DNA from: Candidatus Doudnabacteria bacterium | GTDB lineage: Bacteria > Patescibacteriota > JAQUNI01 | NCBI GenBank assembly: GCA_041644975.1 | Contig: JBAZQX010000005.1 | Span: forward strand, 13,068-77,067 | DNA length: 64,000 bases | Direction of reading: 5' to 3' | In this document: positions 38,248 through 47,840 of the stretch, in pieces | How positions within the stretch are numbered: position 1 is the stretch's first letter | Layout: each line of letters begins with the position of its first letter | The notes under the pieces: generated by a model | The model's database searches: none | The model's input: the letters and a program-made list of their open reading frames with translations, nothing else | What the model was told of the DNA's origin: nothing | Program-made: the position numbers and the translations under genes

Positions 38248-41200
38248 TTATTTGTCTGGCTTCGCCAGATCTTGACGAACTGTGTAGCCGATTTCCGCGT
38301 CGCACTTAGGACAATATTCATGCTCGCCGGCGATATAGCCGTGCTTGGGACAGATGCTGAAGGTCGGCGTCAGGGTAAAATAGGGAAGGTGATAGCGGTG
38401 GCAAACCTTTTTAACTAAGCTTTTGACGGCAGTAATATTGGGCAGCCGTTCGCCAATAAAGCCGTGTAATACCGTGCCACCCGTGTAAAGACTCTGCAGG
38501 TCGTCCTGACAATCCAAGGCTTCAAATAAATCATCACTAAAGTTAACGGGAAGATGAGTGGAATTCGTGTAATACGGCTTTGCCCCTGCCTGATAAGCTC
38601 TTTCATTCGCCACAATAATTTTAGGATATTTTTCTTTGTCATATTTGGCGAAATTATAGCTTGTGCCTTCGGCCGGCGTCGCCTCTAAATTATACAATTG
38701 ATTCTCTTCGTTCTGATAATCCATCAGCCTTTCCCGCATAAAAACTAAAGTTTCCTTGGCAAACTTATGACCCTTATTTGTAGAGAGACTCGTTTTAAGA
38801 AGATTAAGGCAGGCTTCATTCATCCCCAAAAGACCAATGGTGTTAAAATGATTGCGCCAGTATTCACCAAAAGATTCTTTAATTTTGTCTAAGTAATGAC
38901 GGCAGTAGGGATAAAGACCTCCTTCGGTGAATTGCTCTAAAGCCTCTCTTTTCACCTGCAGACTTTTGCGCGCAACCGCCATTATTTTCCCCAAACGTTT
39001 AAAGAAATCTTCTTTATCTTTGGCTATATAGCCCAAGCGCGGCATATTGATCGTGACTACCCCGATAGAGCCCGTAAGCGGGTTCGCGCCAAAGAGTCCG
39101 CCGCCTCTCTTACGAAGCTCTCGGTTATCCAGGCGCAAACGACAACACATGCTGCGCGCGTCATCCGGACTCATATCAGAATTGACAAAGTTGGCAAAAT
39201 ACGGGACGCCATATTTAGCGGTCACTTCCCACAAGGGATTCCACTCGCGTTTCCCCCATTGAAAATCGCGGGTGATATTAATTGTGGGAATAGGAAAAGA
39301 AAAAACACGTCCCTTGGCATCGCCTTCAAGCATAGTTTCGCCAAAGGCGCGATTAAAAAAATCCATTTCTTTCTGGAATCGGCCATAAGTTTCATCTTTA
39401 AGCTTTCCACCAATTACCACAGGTTCATTTTTAATATTGGCAGGAATAGTTAAATCTAGTGTAATATTGGTAAAAGGCGTGTTGCCCGTAATAAATACTT
39501 TGCCTTTGCGCCGCGCGATCACGGTTTCATTTTCGGTATGCACTGACCAAATTACTCCATGATAATTGACTTTTTTTACCCGCGCGATATAAGTCTCGGG
39601 ATGCTTAATTATTCTCAAAACATAAATATCCTTCTGGCCAATGGTTGGCTTGCGCGTCATTACTGTAAAGCCATAACCGGCCTGGACCAGTATTATTTGC
39701 AACTGATCCAAAAGATCCAAATCCGTGGTCGCAATTTTACAGCCTTCAAAACCGTCGGCTTTAAGGTAAGTGTCTAAAAATAATCTCGCTTGCCGCTCAC
39801 TCAAATCCTGCAAGCAGGCAGGAATAAAATGTATATTCTCTTTCGTACCAAACCACTTATGAATCACTCTGGAACTTTCCGCATCCATTCTCATTCTTTG
39901 CACCTCACCCCCCAAACTTGCAGTCAAATATTCACTATAATGCAGCTTGAAATGTTTTAATAAATTAATAATTTCATTGTAATTCGCTCTATTTTGAAAC
40001 TTGGATTGATAAATGCTCACACGATAACAGCATCTGCGTTTTCCTGGCCGCTCGATTGAACCTTCACTGATCACCCAAGCTAAAAGTTGAATCTGATCAT
40101 CACTAACCTTCGCATCAAGGTTTGCGTTCTTTCCCGCGACAGGAATAATAAATGGCGACTTAAGTTTTAATATTGCTTCAATCGGCTCTAAAACATAGCC
40201 TCCATTACTAAACAATTTTCTTACTACCCTGTGCCCATGTGAAATTAATTGATCCTGTATTCTATTCTTTAAGTTGTACATTACGCCCTGGTATTGTCTT
40301 TTAAAAACCGAAGTAACCTTTTTTTCTTCTAGTTGGCTGTTTTTCAAATTGAAAGTTTTAATCTCATCGCCGGCTTTCACTTCACTATAGCCTCGCCAAC
40401 CTTCGCTGGTCAAAATCTCTGTGTCCCCTGAAAGACATTGAAAACCTACCCGCGTCGGCACATTCATATTAAACAAAAATTCCTGCAGGCACTGTTTAAT
40501 ATCCCCATAACTTAAATCATCATAGCGGATAAAAGGGGCAAGATAAGTATCAAAATTAGAGAAAGCCACTGCCCCTGCGATTTCGCCCTGCACGGTGTAA
40601 AAGAAATTAACAATCTGACCCAAGGCTGCGCGCAGGTGCTTGGGCGGGTGAGATTCAATCTTGCCGGAAACCCCGCCAAAACCGCGCATCAAAAGATCGC
40701 GTAAATCCCAGCCCGTGCAGTAAGCGGACAAAAGCTGAAGATCATGAATATGAAAATCCCGATTTAGATGCGCGTCCCGCACTTCCGGAGGATAAATCTT
40801 ATGCAACCAATAATGGGAGGAAACCGAGGACGCGACATGATTATTCAGTCCTTGCAGTGAAAAAGTCATATTGCTGTTTTCGCGGACGCGCCAATCCACC
40901 TGTGATAGATAGCCCTCCATTAGTTCGTCGGAGTCAATAAATTTCCGCAAATCCCTTAGTCTCGCGTGTTGATCGCGATAAAGAATATAGGCCTTCGCCG
41001 TCTTCGCGTGTCCTTCTTCAATCAAAACCTTTTCCACCAAATCTTGGATTTGCTCCACGGATGGGATAGTATGGCCATCAAATTTTTCATTTAAAAGGAT
41101 AACTACCTTGGCGGCTAATTGTCTGGCGAGTGCCCTATTCCGCCCCCCCACCGCTTGCGCCGCCTTAAAAATAGCCGTCGCGACTTTTTCTGGTTCAAAA

Positions 41201-41256
41201 GGAACAATCCTGCCATCCCGCTTCTTGATTTCCCTGACCTGTTTTGTTTTTGCCAT
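38248..41256 (-). CDS. nrdD: Class III (anaerobic) ribonucleotide reductase with ATP cone and intein
   Basis: IKKRDG ATP cone, HIHDL, SMCCRL, EATPAE, YYTNS and CPKH...CPKC motifs. Confidence 0.95.
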   Translation of the reverse strand: MAKTKQVREIKKRDGRIVPFEPEKVATAIFKAAQAVGGRNRALARQLAAKVVILLNEKFDGHTIPSVEQIQDLVEKVLIEEGHAKTAKAYILYRDQHARLRDLRKFIDSDELMEGYLSQVDWRVRENSNMTFSLQGLNNHVASSVSSHYWLHKIYPPEVRDAHLNRDFHIHDLQLLSAYCTGWDLRDLLMRGFGGVSGKIESHPPKHLRAALGQIVNFFYTVQGEIAGAVAFSNFDTYLAPFIRYDDLSYGDIKQCLQEFLFNMNVPTRVGFQCLSGDTEILTSEGWRGYSEVKAGDEIKTFNLKNSQLEEKKVTSVFKRQYQGVMYNLKNRIQDQLISHGHRVVRKLFSNGGYVLEPIEAILKLKSPFIIPVAGKNANLDAKVSDDQIQLLAWVISEGSIERPGKRRCCYRVSIYQSKFQNRANYNEIINLLKHFKLHYSEYLTASLGGEVQRMRMDAESSRVIHKWFGTKENIHFIPACLQDLSERQARLFLDTYLKADGFEGCKIATTDLDLLDQLQIILVQAGYGFTVMTRKPTIGQKDIYVLRIIKHPETYIARVKKVNYHGVIWSVHTENETVIARRKGKVFITGNTPFTNITLDLTIPANIKNEPVVIGGKLKDETYGRFQKEMDFFNRAFGETMLEGDAKGRVFSFPIPTINITRDFQWGKREWNPLWEVTAKYGVPYFANFVNSDMSPDDARSMCCRLRLDNRELRKRGGGLFGANPLTGSIGVVTINMPRLGYIAKDKEDFFKRLGKIMAVARKSLQVKREALEQFTEGGLYPYCRHYLDKIKESFGEYWRNHFNTIGLLGMNEACLNLLKTSLSTNKGHKFAKETLVFMRERLMDYQNEENQLYNLEATPAEGTSYNFAKYDKEKYPKIIVANERAYQAGAKPYYTNSTHLPVNFSDDLFEALDCQDDLQSLYTGGTVLHGFIGERLPNITAVKSLVKKVCHRYHLPYFTLTPTFSICPKHGYIAGEHEYCPKCDAEIGYTVRQDLAKPDK
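39481..40437 (-). mobile_element. 319-aa intein with LAGLIDADG-type homing endonuclease in NrdD
   Basis: Q|CLSGDTEILT...KVFITGN|T junctions; LLAWVISEG and FLDTYLKADG motifs. Confidence 0.92.
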
Positions 41257-41372
41257 TTTGGATTATTTAGTGTGTCGCTTCATCGAGCGACACACTTTAG
41301 GGTTTCGCTCATAAGCGGACACCCTTTGGAGTGTCCGCTTTAATAGACGGGCTACCCTTTAGATTTTAATTT

Positions 41373-41849
41373 CTATTTTGGGCGGCAAATCTGTCTTTTG
41401 AGATCCGTAAATGCGCTTAGCTCTTGCGCAAAACTTTCTACATCTTTAAAAGACTTGTAGACCGAGGCAAAACGGATATAGGCTACCTCGTCCAACTTTT
41501 TCAATTCCTTCATCACCAATTCGCCGATTAAACGGCTCCCTATTTCTCTTTTTCTGTCCTCGCGAATCTTTTGCTCAATGCGGGAAAGCATCTTCAAGAT
41601 CGTCTCCTCGGCAATAGGACGTTTTTCGCAAGCGCGTCGGATACCTCGTTCTAATTTGGTGCGGTCATAGAGCTCACGCCGACCATCTTTTTTAATGACA
41701 TAAAAATTCAATAATTCCACTTCTTCATAGGTGGAAAAGCGGGAGCGGCATCTCGGGCATTCGCGGCGACGCCGAATGATAAAACCATCGTTCGCGCTCC
41801 TGGAATCCAGTACCTTGGTCTCGCTGGCGTGGCAATGGGGGCATTTCAT
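41373..41849 (-). CDS. nrdR: Transcriptional repressor NrdR
   Basis: MKCPHC...RRRRECPRC..RFSTYE, ATP cone and AYIRFASVY. Confidence 0.97.
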   Translation of the reverse strand: MKCPHCHASETKVLDSRSANDGFIIRRRRECPRCRSRFSTYEEVELLNFYVIKKDGRRELYDRTKLERGIRRACEKRPIAEETILKMLSRIEQKIREDRKREIGSRLIGELVMKELKKLDEVAYIRFASVYKSFKDVESFAQELSAFTDLKRQICRPK

Positions 41850-41916
41850 ATATGTAGGTCAAATGTTCCTTTATATTTAGGAAAATGAAATCAATTAAGA
41901 AACTATTTTATATTGA

Positions 41917-42924
41917 CTACGCGGAACTTTCCGCTTTGTCCGTTCTTAAACTTTCTTTTTTCAAACATGGTTCTTTATCTAAATCTATTTCACTATCCCC
42001 AACTTTTAATTTCTTTCTTTGCACCCACACAAAACCCTTATCTGGCGTTATTACTGCAACATCAACTGGACCCCCAACTCCGGGCATATCTCCTGGATCA
42101 AAAGCAACACCATCAGAAAAACGTTGAATTGCGGAGGTAGTTTGAATCATTAAAACACAAAAATCAATTGCATCCTGTAAAGTCATTGTTCCCCATTGAA
42201 TAACATATTCTAGACTACGAAGTTGTTTAGTGAGTTCTTCCTTCCCGATCCTCTCACTTGCCTCGCTGACAAATTTCAAATTGCCGATTCTACCATCAAA
42301 GCCTAAAACAATCCTCGTCACTACGTCTATTTGTCCAATCCACGAAGCGCCATACTCTTTACCCTTTTCTAAACTATCTCTTTTCTTTTGGATTTCACCG
42401 GGGATATAGCAGGCATAAACTTCATGCGATCCATCTTTATTATAGCCAGCGATAAGAAGATTAATGGCGTCAATGCCGCCAATACCATCTTTCAAATTGC
42501 CTTGTGGATCCCGAAATTTAAATTTAACTAAATGTTGTTCTTGCTTTATTTCTATTATTTCACACCCTTGTTGCTTCAGATCATTCTTGATTTTCTCTGG
42601 CAGTTTCTCAAATTCTTCCCGCCACTTGTATTTTTTATTAAATAAATAATGTAACTTTTCCGCCATCTCTTTCACATCTATATTTTCTAAATCAGTCTCT
42701 CGTTTGAATTGCTCAATAAATTTACTTACATTTTTCGGCACGCCATCTTCGGGTAAAAAAGCGATTCCGGTAATTGCTACACCAACCCTACTATTCAGTT
42801 GGAAAAGCTTAGAAGCATTATCACTCCCGATCCGCGCCATTCCTTTCATGTTCCGAAAAGACTGTCGACTATCCGCCGCCAGGACAATACCTTCTGGAGT
42901 TGTTGTGTTGATTGCTAGAGACAT
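41917..42924 (-). CDS. Proteasome beta-subunit-like Ntn hydrolase with N-terminal Ser
   Basis: M-SLAI...GIVLAADSR...KLF...LLIAGY...LQDAIDF...GVGGPVDVAVIT. Confidence 0.75.
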   Translation of the reverse strand: MSLAINTTTPEGIVLAADSRQSFRNMKGMARIGSDNASKLFQLNSRVGVAITGIAFLPEDGVPKNVSKFIEQFKRETDLENIDVKEMAEKLHYLFNKKYKWREEFEKLPEKIKNDLKQQGCEIIEIKQEQHLVKFKFRDPQGNLKDGIGGIDAINLLIAGYNKDGSHEVYACYIPGEIQKKRDSLEKGKEYGASWIGQIDVVTRIVLGFDGRIGNLKFVSEASERIGKEELTKQLRSLEYVIQWGTMTLQDAIDFCVLMIQTTSAIQRFSDGVAFDPGDMPGVGGPVDVAVITPDKGFVWVQRKKLKVGDSEIDLDKEPCLKKESLRTDKAESSA

Positions 42925-42976
42925 GAAATTATTTTTAAACTTTTAAGTTTATAATAGACTATCATACAATGTCGAT

Positions 42977-43771
42977 TTAAGTAAAATTGTCCCAATTTTT
43001 TCCTAGTCTTAATATCTTAACCGCTCTCTTCAGGATTTCTTCGGATATAGATCTATTTGTCAGAATAAATAATTTTTTAGCTGATTGAAGCATCTTTCCT
43101 TCTGTAATGAGCCCTCTATAAACCATTATTGGCAGGAAATGAAAAAGATGATAAATAGTTATACCATTATATTCAAGATCAATCCCCAAATTTTTATATT
43201 CCTCCGTAACGGCATAGCAACCCACGCTCCCTATAGCACTAACCGTCGCAGCTAACCAAAAATCACCCAAATGATTGTGGTAATCTGCTACATGACCTGA
43301 CCAGGAACTTTGAGCTCGCCAGTTTTCAAAAACGAGGGAAGTAGTATCATGACTCCTATTTGGAGTCCCATGAAATAATGGGTTGCCGATTTCATTAAAT
43401 GATGCAGTAGTATTATATTGATCTGAGCCGTTTACGAAGGAGTAACTAACAACGAGATCTTCACCAATATTGATAGTGCCATTAGATCCTTTAATTTGAG
43501 GGGTAATATATGGGTAATTCATATCAACATTTTTAATCATAAAAGCAATATCATCTGATTTAATATAAGGTCTAATTTCCCTATTGTAGACTTCAAAAGA
43601 AGCACACCAATCAGGACAGATAAAATTCAATTCCTTAATTATCCCTAATTCGCATGCAAAGGTGGTAGGATTAGAATCCATTATACATTCTCTTTTCTCA
43701 TCATTCAATGCTATCACTTTTTCCACAAAATCTTCCGATAGATCCCTTGAGTCTTTCATCTTTTGTATCAT
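42977..43771 (-). CDS. Hypothetical protein, possibly PIN-domain
   Basis: CIMDSN near the N-terminus and LGDFWLAAT...AVTEE later resemble PIN acidic motifs. Confidence 0.5.
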   Translation of the reverse strand: MIQKMKDSRDLSEDFVEKVIALNDEKRECIMDSNPTTFACELGIIKELNFICPDWCASFEVYNREIRPYIKSDDIAFMIKNVDMNYPYITPQIKGSNGTINIGEDLVVSYSFVNGSDQYNTTASFNEIGNPLFHGTPNRSHDTTSLVFENWRAQSSWSGHVADYHNHLGDFWLAATVSAIGSVGCYAVTEEYKNLGIDLEYNGITIYHLFHFLPIMVYRGLITEGKMLQSAKKLFILTNRSISEEILKRAVKILRLGKNWDNFT

Positions 43772-43798
43772 CTTTTTATTTTAATTAAAATCTCCAGA

Positions 43799-43847
43799 GA
43801 ACCAAATCTTGTATTATGCGACCTAAGTATACCACAATCCATTGTGC
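43799..43847. promoter_or_regulatory. Putative tandem NrdR boxes
   Basis: gaaCcAaATcTtGtat (43799) and ccaCaAtccaTtGtgc (43832) against consensus acaCwAtATaTwGtg, 33 bp apart. Confidence 0.45.
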
Positions 43848-44030
43848 TTGAGATGTGGATAACTCCTCTATTGCTCCATTGTTCTATTGTTCAATTGCTA
43901 CTTTATATTACTTGATTTAGACCTAACAATGGAACAATGAAACAATCAAACAATGATTAGTTTTTAAAATCAGAATAGCAAAAAACAAGCTATTCTAAAA
44001 GCTTGTCCTAAAAACACTATCACAAAATTT

Positions 44031-45146
44031 TTACCTTCCCATCTTCTTCCGGATGAAAGCAGGGATATCCAATTCGTCCTCGTTGCTCGTTTCTTCTTCC
44101 TCTTTCTCCGCTTCTTTAGTCTTGACCTCTAAGGCTTCTTCTGGGAGCTCGGCGCTAAAAATGTCTTCCTCTTCTTTCTTTCCTTCCTCCCTCTTTTTCC
44201 CCTCAAAGCCCGTGGCAATTACGGTGATTTTGAGTTCTCCTTCCACTTCAGGATCAATCACCGCGCCGAAAATAATTTTCGCCTCTGGCGACACTTTTTC
44301 CGTGATCACCTTAGCGGCTTCGTCAATTTCATACATTCCTAAATCCGACCCGCCAGTCACATTAAAGAGAACCCCTTTCGCCCCGTCAATAGAAAGCTCC
44401 AGAAGAGGACTGGAAATCGCCGCTTTAGCGGCCTCCCTGGCTCGCCCTTCACCGCTCGCACGACCGATACCCATTAAAGCAGAACCGGCGTCACGCATAA
44501 TTGCTTTCACGTCGGCAAAGTCCACGTTGACAATACCAGGGACGACAATCAAATCGGAAATGCCCTGCACGCCTTGGCGCAAAACATCATCCACAATTTC
44601 AAAAGCCTCTAAGAGTGAGGTGGATTTATCAATAACTTGTAAAAGACGATCATTGGGAATTGTAATCAGCGTATCCACTTCTTTCGCTAAAGACACTAAG
44701 CCTTGTTCCGCGATATTCCGCCGCGCTAAACCTTCAAAATTGAAGGGTTTCGTAATCACGCCAATCGTAAGCACTCCCGCCTCTCGCGCCAGGTTGGCGA
44801 TCACGGGACTCGCGCCCGTACCCGTCCCGCCGCCTAAACCACAGGTGATAAAAACCATATCCGCGCCTTTCAATGCCTTAGCGATTTCATCGCGGCCCTC
44901 TTCTGCCGCCTGCCGGCCGATTTCGGGGTCCATTCCGGCTCCCAATCCCTTAGTGATATTTTTACCAACGTGAATCCGCGTTTGAGCGCTGCTTTTCTGT
45001 AATGCTTGGGCATCAGTGTTAATGGCGATAAATTCCACACCCTTAATATCCGAAGCGATCATCCGATTAATCGCATTCCCTCCTGAACCGCCAACGCCTA
45101 CTACCTTTAACCGCGCAAAGGTTTCTAAATCTGGTTTAATCTCCAT
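44031..45146 (-). CDS. ftsZ: Cell division protein FtsZ
   Basis: GGGTGTG, NVDFAD and DIPAFIR motifs. Confidence 0.98.
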   Translation of the reverse strand: MEIKPDLETFARLKVVGVGGSGGNAINRMIASDIKGVEFIAINTDAQALQKSSAQTRIHVGKNITKGLGAGMDPEIGRQAAEEGRDEIAKALKGADMVFITCGLGGGTGTGASPVIANLAREAGVLTIGVITKPFNFEGLARRNIAEQGLVSLAKEVDTLITIPNDRLLQVIDKSTSLLEAFEIVDDVLRQGVQGISDLIVVPGIVNVDFADVKAIMRDAGSALMGIGRASGEGRAREAAKAAISSPLLELSIDGAKGVLFNVTGGSDLGMYEIDEAAKVITEKVSPEAKIIFGAVIDPEVEGELKITVIATGFEGKKREEGKKEEEDIFSAELPEEALEVKTKEAEKEEEETSNEDELDIPAFIRKKMGR

Positions 45147-45153
45147 AAAATTC

Positions 45154-45222
45154 TTATAACGTGTAACTTAAAACTTGTAACTCAAGTAAATTCTCCCTTG
45201 TGTTACACGTTACAAGTTACAG
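45154..45222. repeat. Gene-less copy of the four-helix-bundle cassette arms
   Basis: ...AACTTGTAACTCAAG-taaattctcc-CTTGTGTTACACGTTACAAGTTAC. Confidence 0.7.
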
Positions 45223-45290
45223 GTTTCCAAAGTTCAAGTTATTATAGATGATTCTTTTCTTTATGGCAATACCTCTTGCCTAAAATTATC

Positions 45291-46535
45291 TTACGGTAAA
45301 AAATTCTTAAACCAACGTTTCATTCTGTCCATGCCGCTGTTCAATTTGGTTAAACCTTCACGGTTGAACTCAAAGGAAAACCTATTTCCCTCTCCCAACC
45401 CCCAATGAATTAGACCTGTGGCGGTGGCAAAAACAGGATCATCCACCTTATCCACAGATATTGAAAGCCCCATCGGAAAACCAATCTGCGCCGGGAGACG
45501 CAGAATTTCCTTAGCTAAATCAACCACCCCCGGCAACTTCGCGCCGCCGCCCACAAGCACCGCTCCTGCGGGCAACTGCGCGCTACGGCCAATTTTATGT
45601 AATTCTTTGTCAATCATCTTAAAAATTTCTTCACCACGGGCTTCAATAATCTCTGCAACTTCGCGTCTTGAAATCACTCCTTTCTCCTTCTTCACGACTT
45701 TCGCAAGGTCAATCTCTTCTTGTTTATCAATCTCGTGAGGCAAACAAGACCCATATTCAATCTTCACCCGTTCCGCCGTATCCATAGAAGTACGCAGTCC
45801 AATCGCCAAATCTGAACTAATATGCTCCCCGCCCACTGGCAGGGCCCCACCGGAAAGAAGCCCGCCCTCTTCATAAACGCTAAAACTTGTGCTTCCTCCT
45901 CCAAGGTCAATCAGCACGACGCCCAAATCACGTTGACGTTTTTCAAGTACCGACCAAGCGGAAGCCAAAGGCGCAAAAACTAATCCCGCAACATCCACCC
46001 CCGTGCGCTCCACGCAGCGCGTCAGATTATTAAGCAGGGAAGACGAAGTTTCCACGATGGTCGTCACCGCTTCCAAACGGACGCCGTTCATCCCTACGGG
46101 ATCTTTAATGCCGCCTTCATCATCCACGATAAAATCCCGCGGCAGGATATGCAAAATCTCCCGATTAGAAGAAATACTTACCGCGGAAGCGGCTTCAATC
46201 ACGCGGGAAACATCGTTTTTTGAAATCTCGCCGTCCGCCCTTGAAATCGCGATCACCCCACGAGACTCAAGATATGATATCTGCGCGCCGCCCACCGAGA
46301 CATAAGCCCGTCCCACTGGTGAACCCGCCATTCTCTCCGCTTTCTCTAAGGCGGAAGAAATACTCGTGACGATTTCTTCGGCGTCCACGATGGCACCCTT
46401 TCTGATCCCGAAAGAAGGAGACTCGCCAATTCCCAAAATACGGGGCTTGTCTTCTAAACCCCCTCTTTCTACAATAATCACCCGAATATTCGCCGAACCC
46501 AGGTCAATACCCGAAATAATTTCTTGTTTGGACAT
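45291..46535 (-). CDS. ftsA: Cell division protein FtsA
   Basis: GIDLGS, GIRKG, IDLGGGST and GGGAKL motifs; start reassigned to MSKQEII. Confidence 0.96.
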   Translation of the reverse strand: MSKQEIISGIDLGSANIRVIIVERGGLEDKPRILGIGESPSFGIRKGAIVDAEEIVTSISSALEKAERMAGSPVGRAYVSVGGAQISYLESRGVIAISRADGEISKNDVSRVIEAASAVSISSNREILHILPRDFIVDDEGGIKDPVGMNGVRLEAVTTIVETSSSLLNNLTRCVERTGVDVAGLVFAPLASAWSVLEKRQRDLGVVLIDLGGGSTSFSVYEEGGLLSGGALPVGGEHISSDLAIGLRTSMDTAERVKIEYGSCLPHEIDKQEEIDLAKVVKKEKGVISRREVAEIIEARGEEIFKMIDKELHKIGRSAQLPAGAVLVGGGAKLPGVVDLAKEILRLPAQIGFPMGLSISVDKVDDPVFATATGLIHWGLGEGNRFSFEFNREGLTKLNSGMDRMKRWFKNFLP

Positions 46536-46928
46536 AAATAAAATCAAAATGTAAAAATCAAAAATTGCTCCGTTGCTTCTTAAGGATGTCGCTTCATCGA
46601 GCGACATCCTTAAAGATCACTTTGTGAAAAGTCGCTTACGCTCCAAAGGCCTTAAGCCACGGCATACCCTGAATGCCCGCCTTCCAAAATTCATCCGTCT
46701 AGAATCCACTAAAGGCAGAAGAAGAATAGATCTTATACAGCGGATAAGGTCAGCAACAAAATGTCCCAAAGGGATCGCTTCGCGAAAAATGCAAAATTTT
46801 CAAAAGGTATAAACCCCGTTAGAGAACCTCGTTCTCTGACCCCGTTTAGAAATTTATTTGTAACGGGATGAACTTTCTCTAACGGGGTAAAATTATAAAA
46901 TTCTTTTTTTATCTTTTAAAAAATTTCT

Positions 46929-47288
46929 TCAGACGTAAGGACGAAAAATAAGGTAAACAGTCACCAACCAAGCTAGGAAAGCCAATAAAACAGCACCAGA
47001 CATCATATCCTTAATCACTTCGGCATAGGGATGGACACGGGGTTTTAAAATATCCACTATCTTTTCTAAAATCGTATTCAAAACTTCTAGGACTAAACCA
47101 GCAATGAGAGTTAAAATTAAAATCACCTTACTATTCAAAGCTACCTTATAGTATATCATAAAAAAAATAACAACAAAACTCAAAAAGACGGCAATCCGAA
47201 AATTTTGCTCCTCCCGAAAAGTGATGTAAATACCTCTAAAGGCACAACGAAAACTATACAATAGTTTTTTGAAATTTATAAACCGCAT
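46929..47288 (-). CDS. dgkA: Diacylglycerol/undecaprenol kinase
   Basis: SF..AF.G...E.NFR...EVLNTILEKIVD...KDM. Confidence 0.85.
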   Translation of the reverse strand: MRFINFKKLLYSFRCAFRGIYITFREEQNFRIAVFLSFVVIFFMIYYKVALNSKVILILTLIAGLVLEVLNTILEKIVDILKPRVHPYAEVIKDMMSGAVLLAFLAWLVTVYLIFRPYV

Positions 47289-47322
47289 TCCTTGCTATGG
47301 TTTAAATAATATACTCTTCCTT

Positions 47323-47748
47323 TTAAAAAGCGTCCTTTATGGATTTGAAAATTTTGTCTTGCTCTTTGAACATTTTGATTTTATCCTCTTTTACTCTATC
47401 ATTATACCCTAAAATATGCAGAAGCCCATGAATAAAAAGAATGGATAGTTCCTGCTTTAAAGAATGTCCCATCTCCTTTGCCTGTAAGCGCGCTTGTTCT
47501 ACGGAAATAAAAATTTCAGCAATTTGATTACCATCGGGCTTCCCCAAATTAAAAGATAAAACATCCGTAGACCTCGCCTCGCGACGATATTCCCGGTTGA
47601 GCCGGCGGATTCTGGCATTGTCCACTAAGACCAAGCTAATTTCAAAATTCCTTAAGGCGGTTTGGAGATGAACTAATCTTTTAACAATACTGTGAAAGAA
47701 ATTTTTTTTTACCTTAGAGCGGGTAAGGTTTCTAAAATCAAAAATCAT
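47323..47748 (-). CDS. ybeY: rRNA maturation endoribonuclease YbeY
   Basis: LNREYR...TDVLSF and HGLLHILGY motifs. Confidence 0.93.
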   Translation of the reverse strand: MIFDFRNLTRSKVKKNFFHSIVKRLVHLQTALRNFEISLVLVDNARIRRLNREYRREARSTDVLSFNLGKPDGNQIAEIFISVEQARLQAKEMGHSLKQELSILFIHGLLHILGYNDRVKEDKIKMFKEQDKIFKSIKDAF

Positions 47749-47840
47749 TAAGATGTCTTTATCCCCACGCTAACTTTCTGATGGATATAAAATATATCCG
47801 GCAGGATCAATAATGCCTCTCTAAAAGAAGCAAACATTTA

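Larger units (their letters stand above)
2420..46889. repeat. Dispersed palindrome family ACCCCGTTAGA...TCTAACGGGGT (span of copies)
   Basis: Copies at about 2420-2497, 6994-7027, 7978-8090, 22684-22715 and 46812-46889; several nested. Confidence 0.8.

Noticed and set aside
38123-38305. N-terminal extension of the 123-aa ORF
   Set aside because: It translates palindromic repeats and overlaps nrdD; the real start is probably 38122.
19837-42924. Pup-proteasome-like system from the GCS2-fold ligase plus the proteasome-like gene
   Set aside because: The genes are about 21 kb apart in unrelated contexts, and no Pup-like tag or AAA ATPase is seen.
44053-44973. 306-aa plus-strand ORF and the many similar antisense ORFs
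   Set aside because: Shadow ORFs opposite conserved genes such as ftsZ, copA and the VirD4-like gene.
46620-46800. Possible ncRNA or small ORF upstream of ftsA
   Set aside because: It has only local hairpins among several repeat elements, and I could not identify a coherent structure or RBS.
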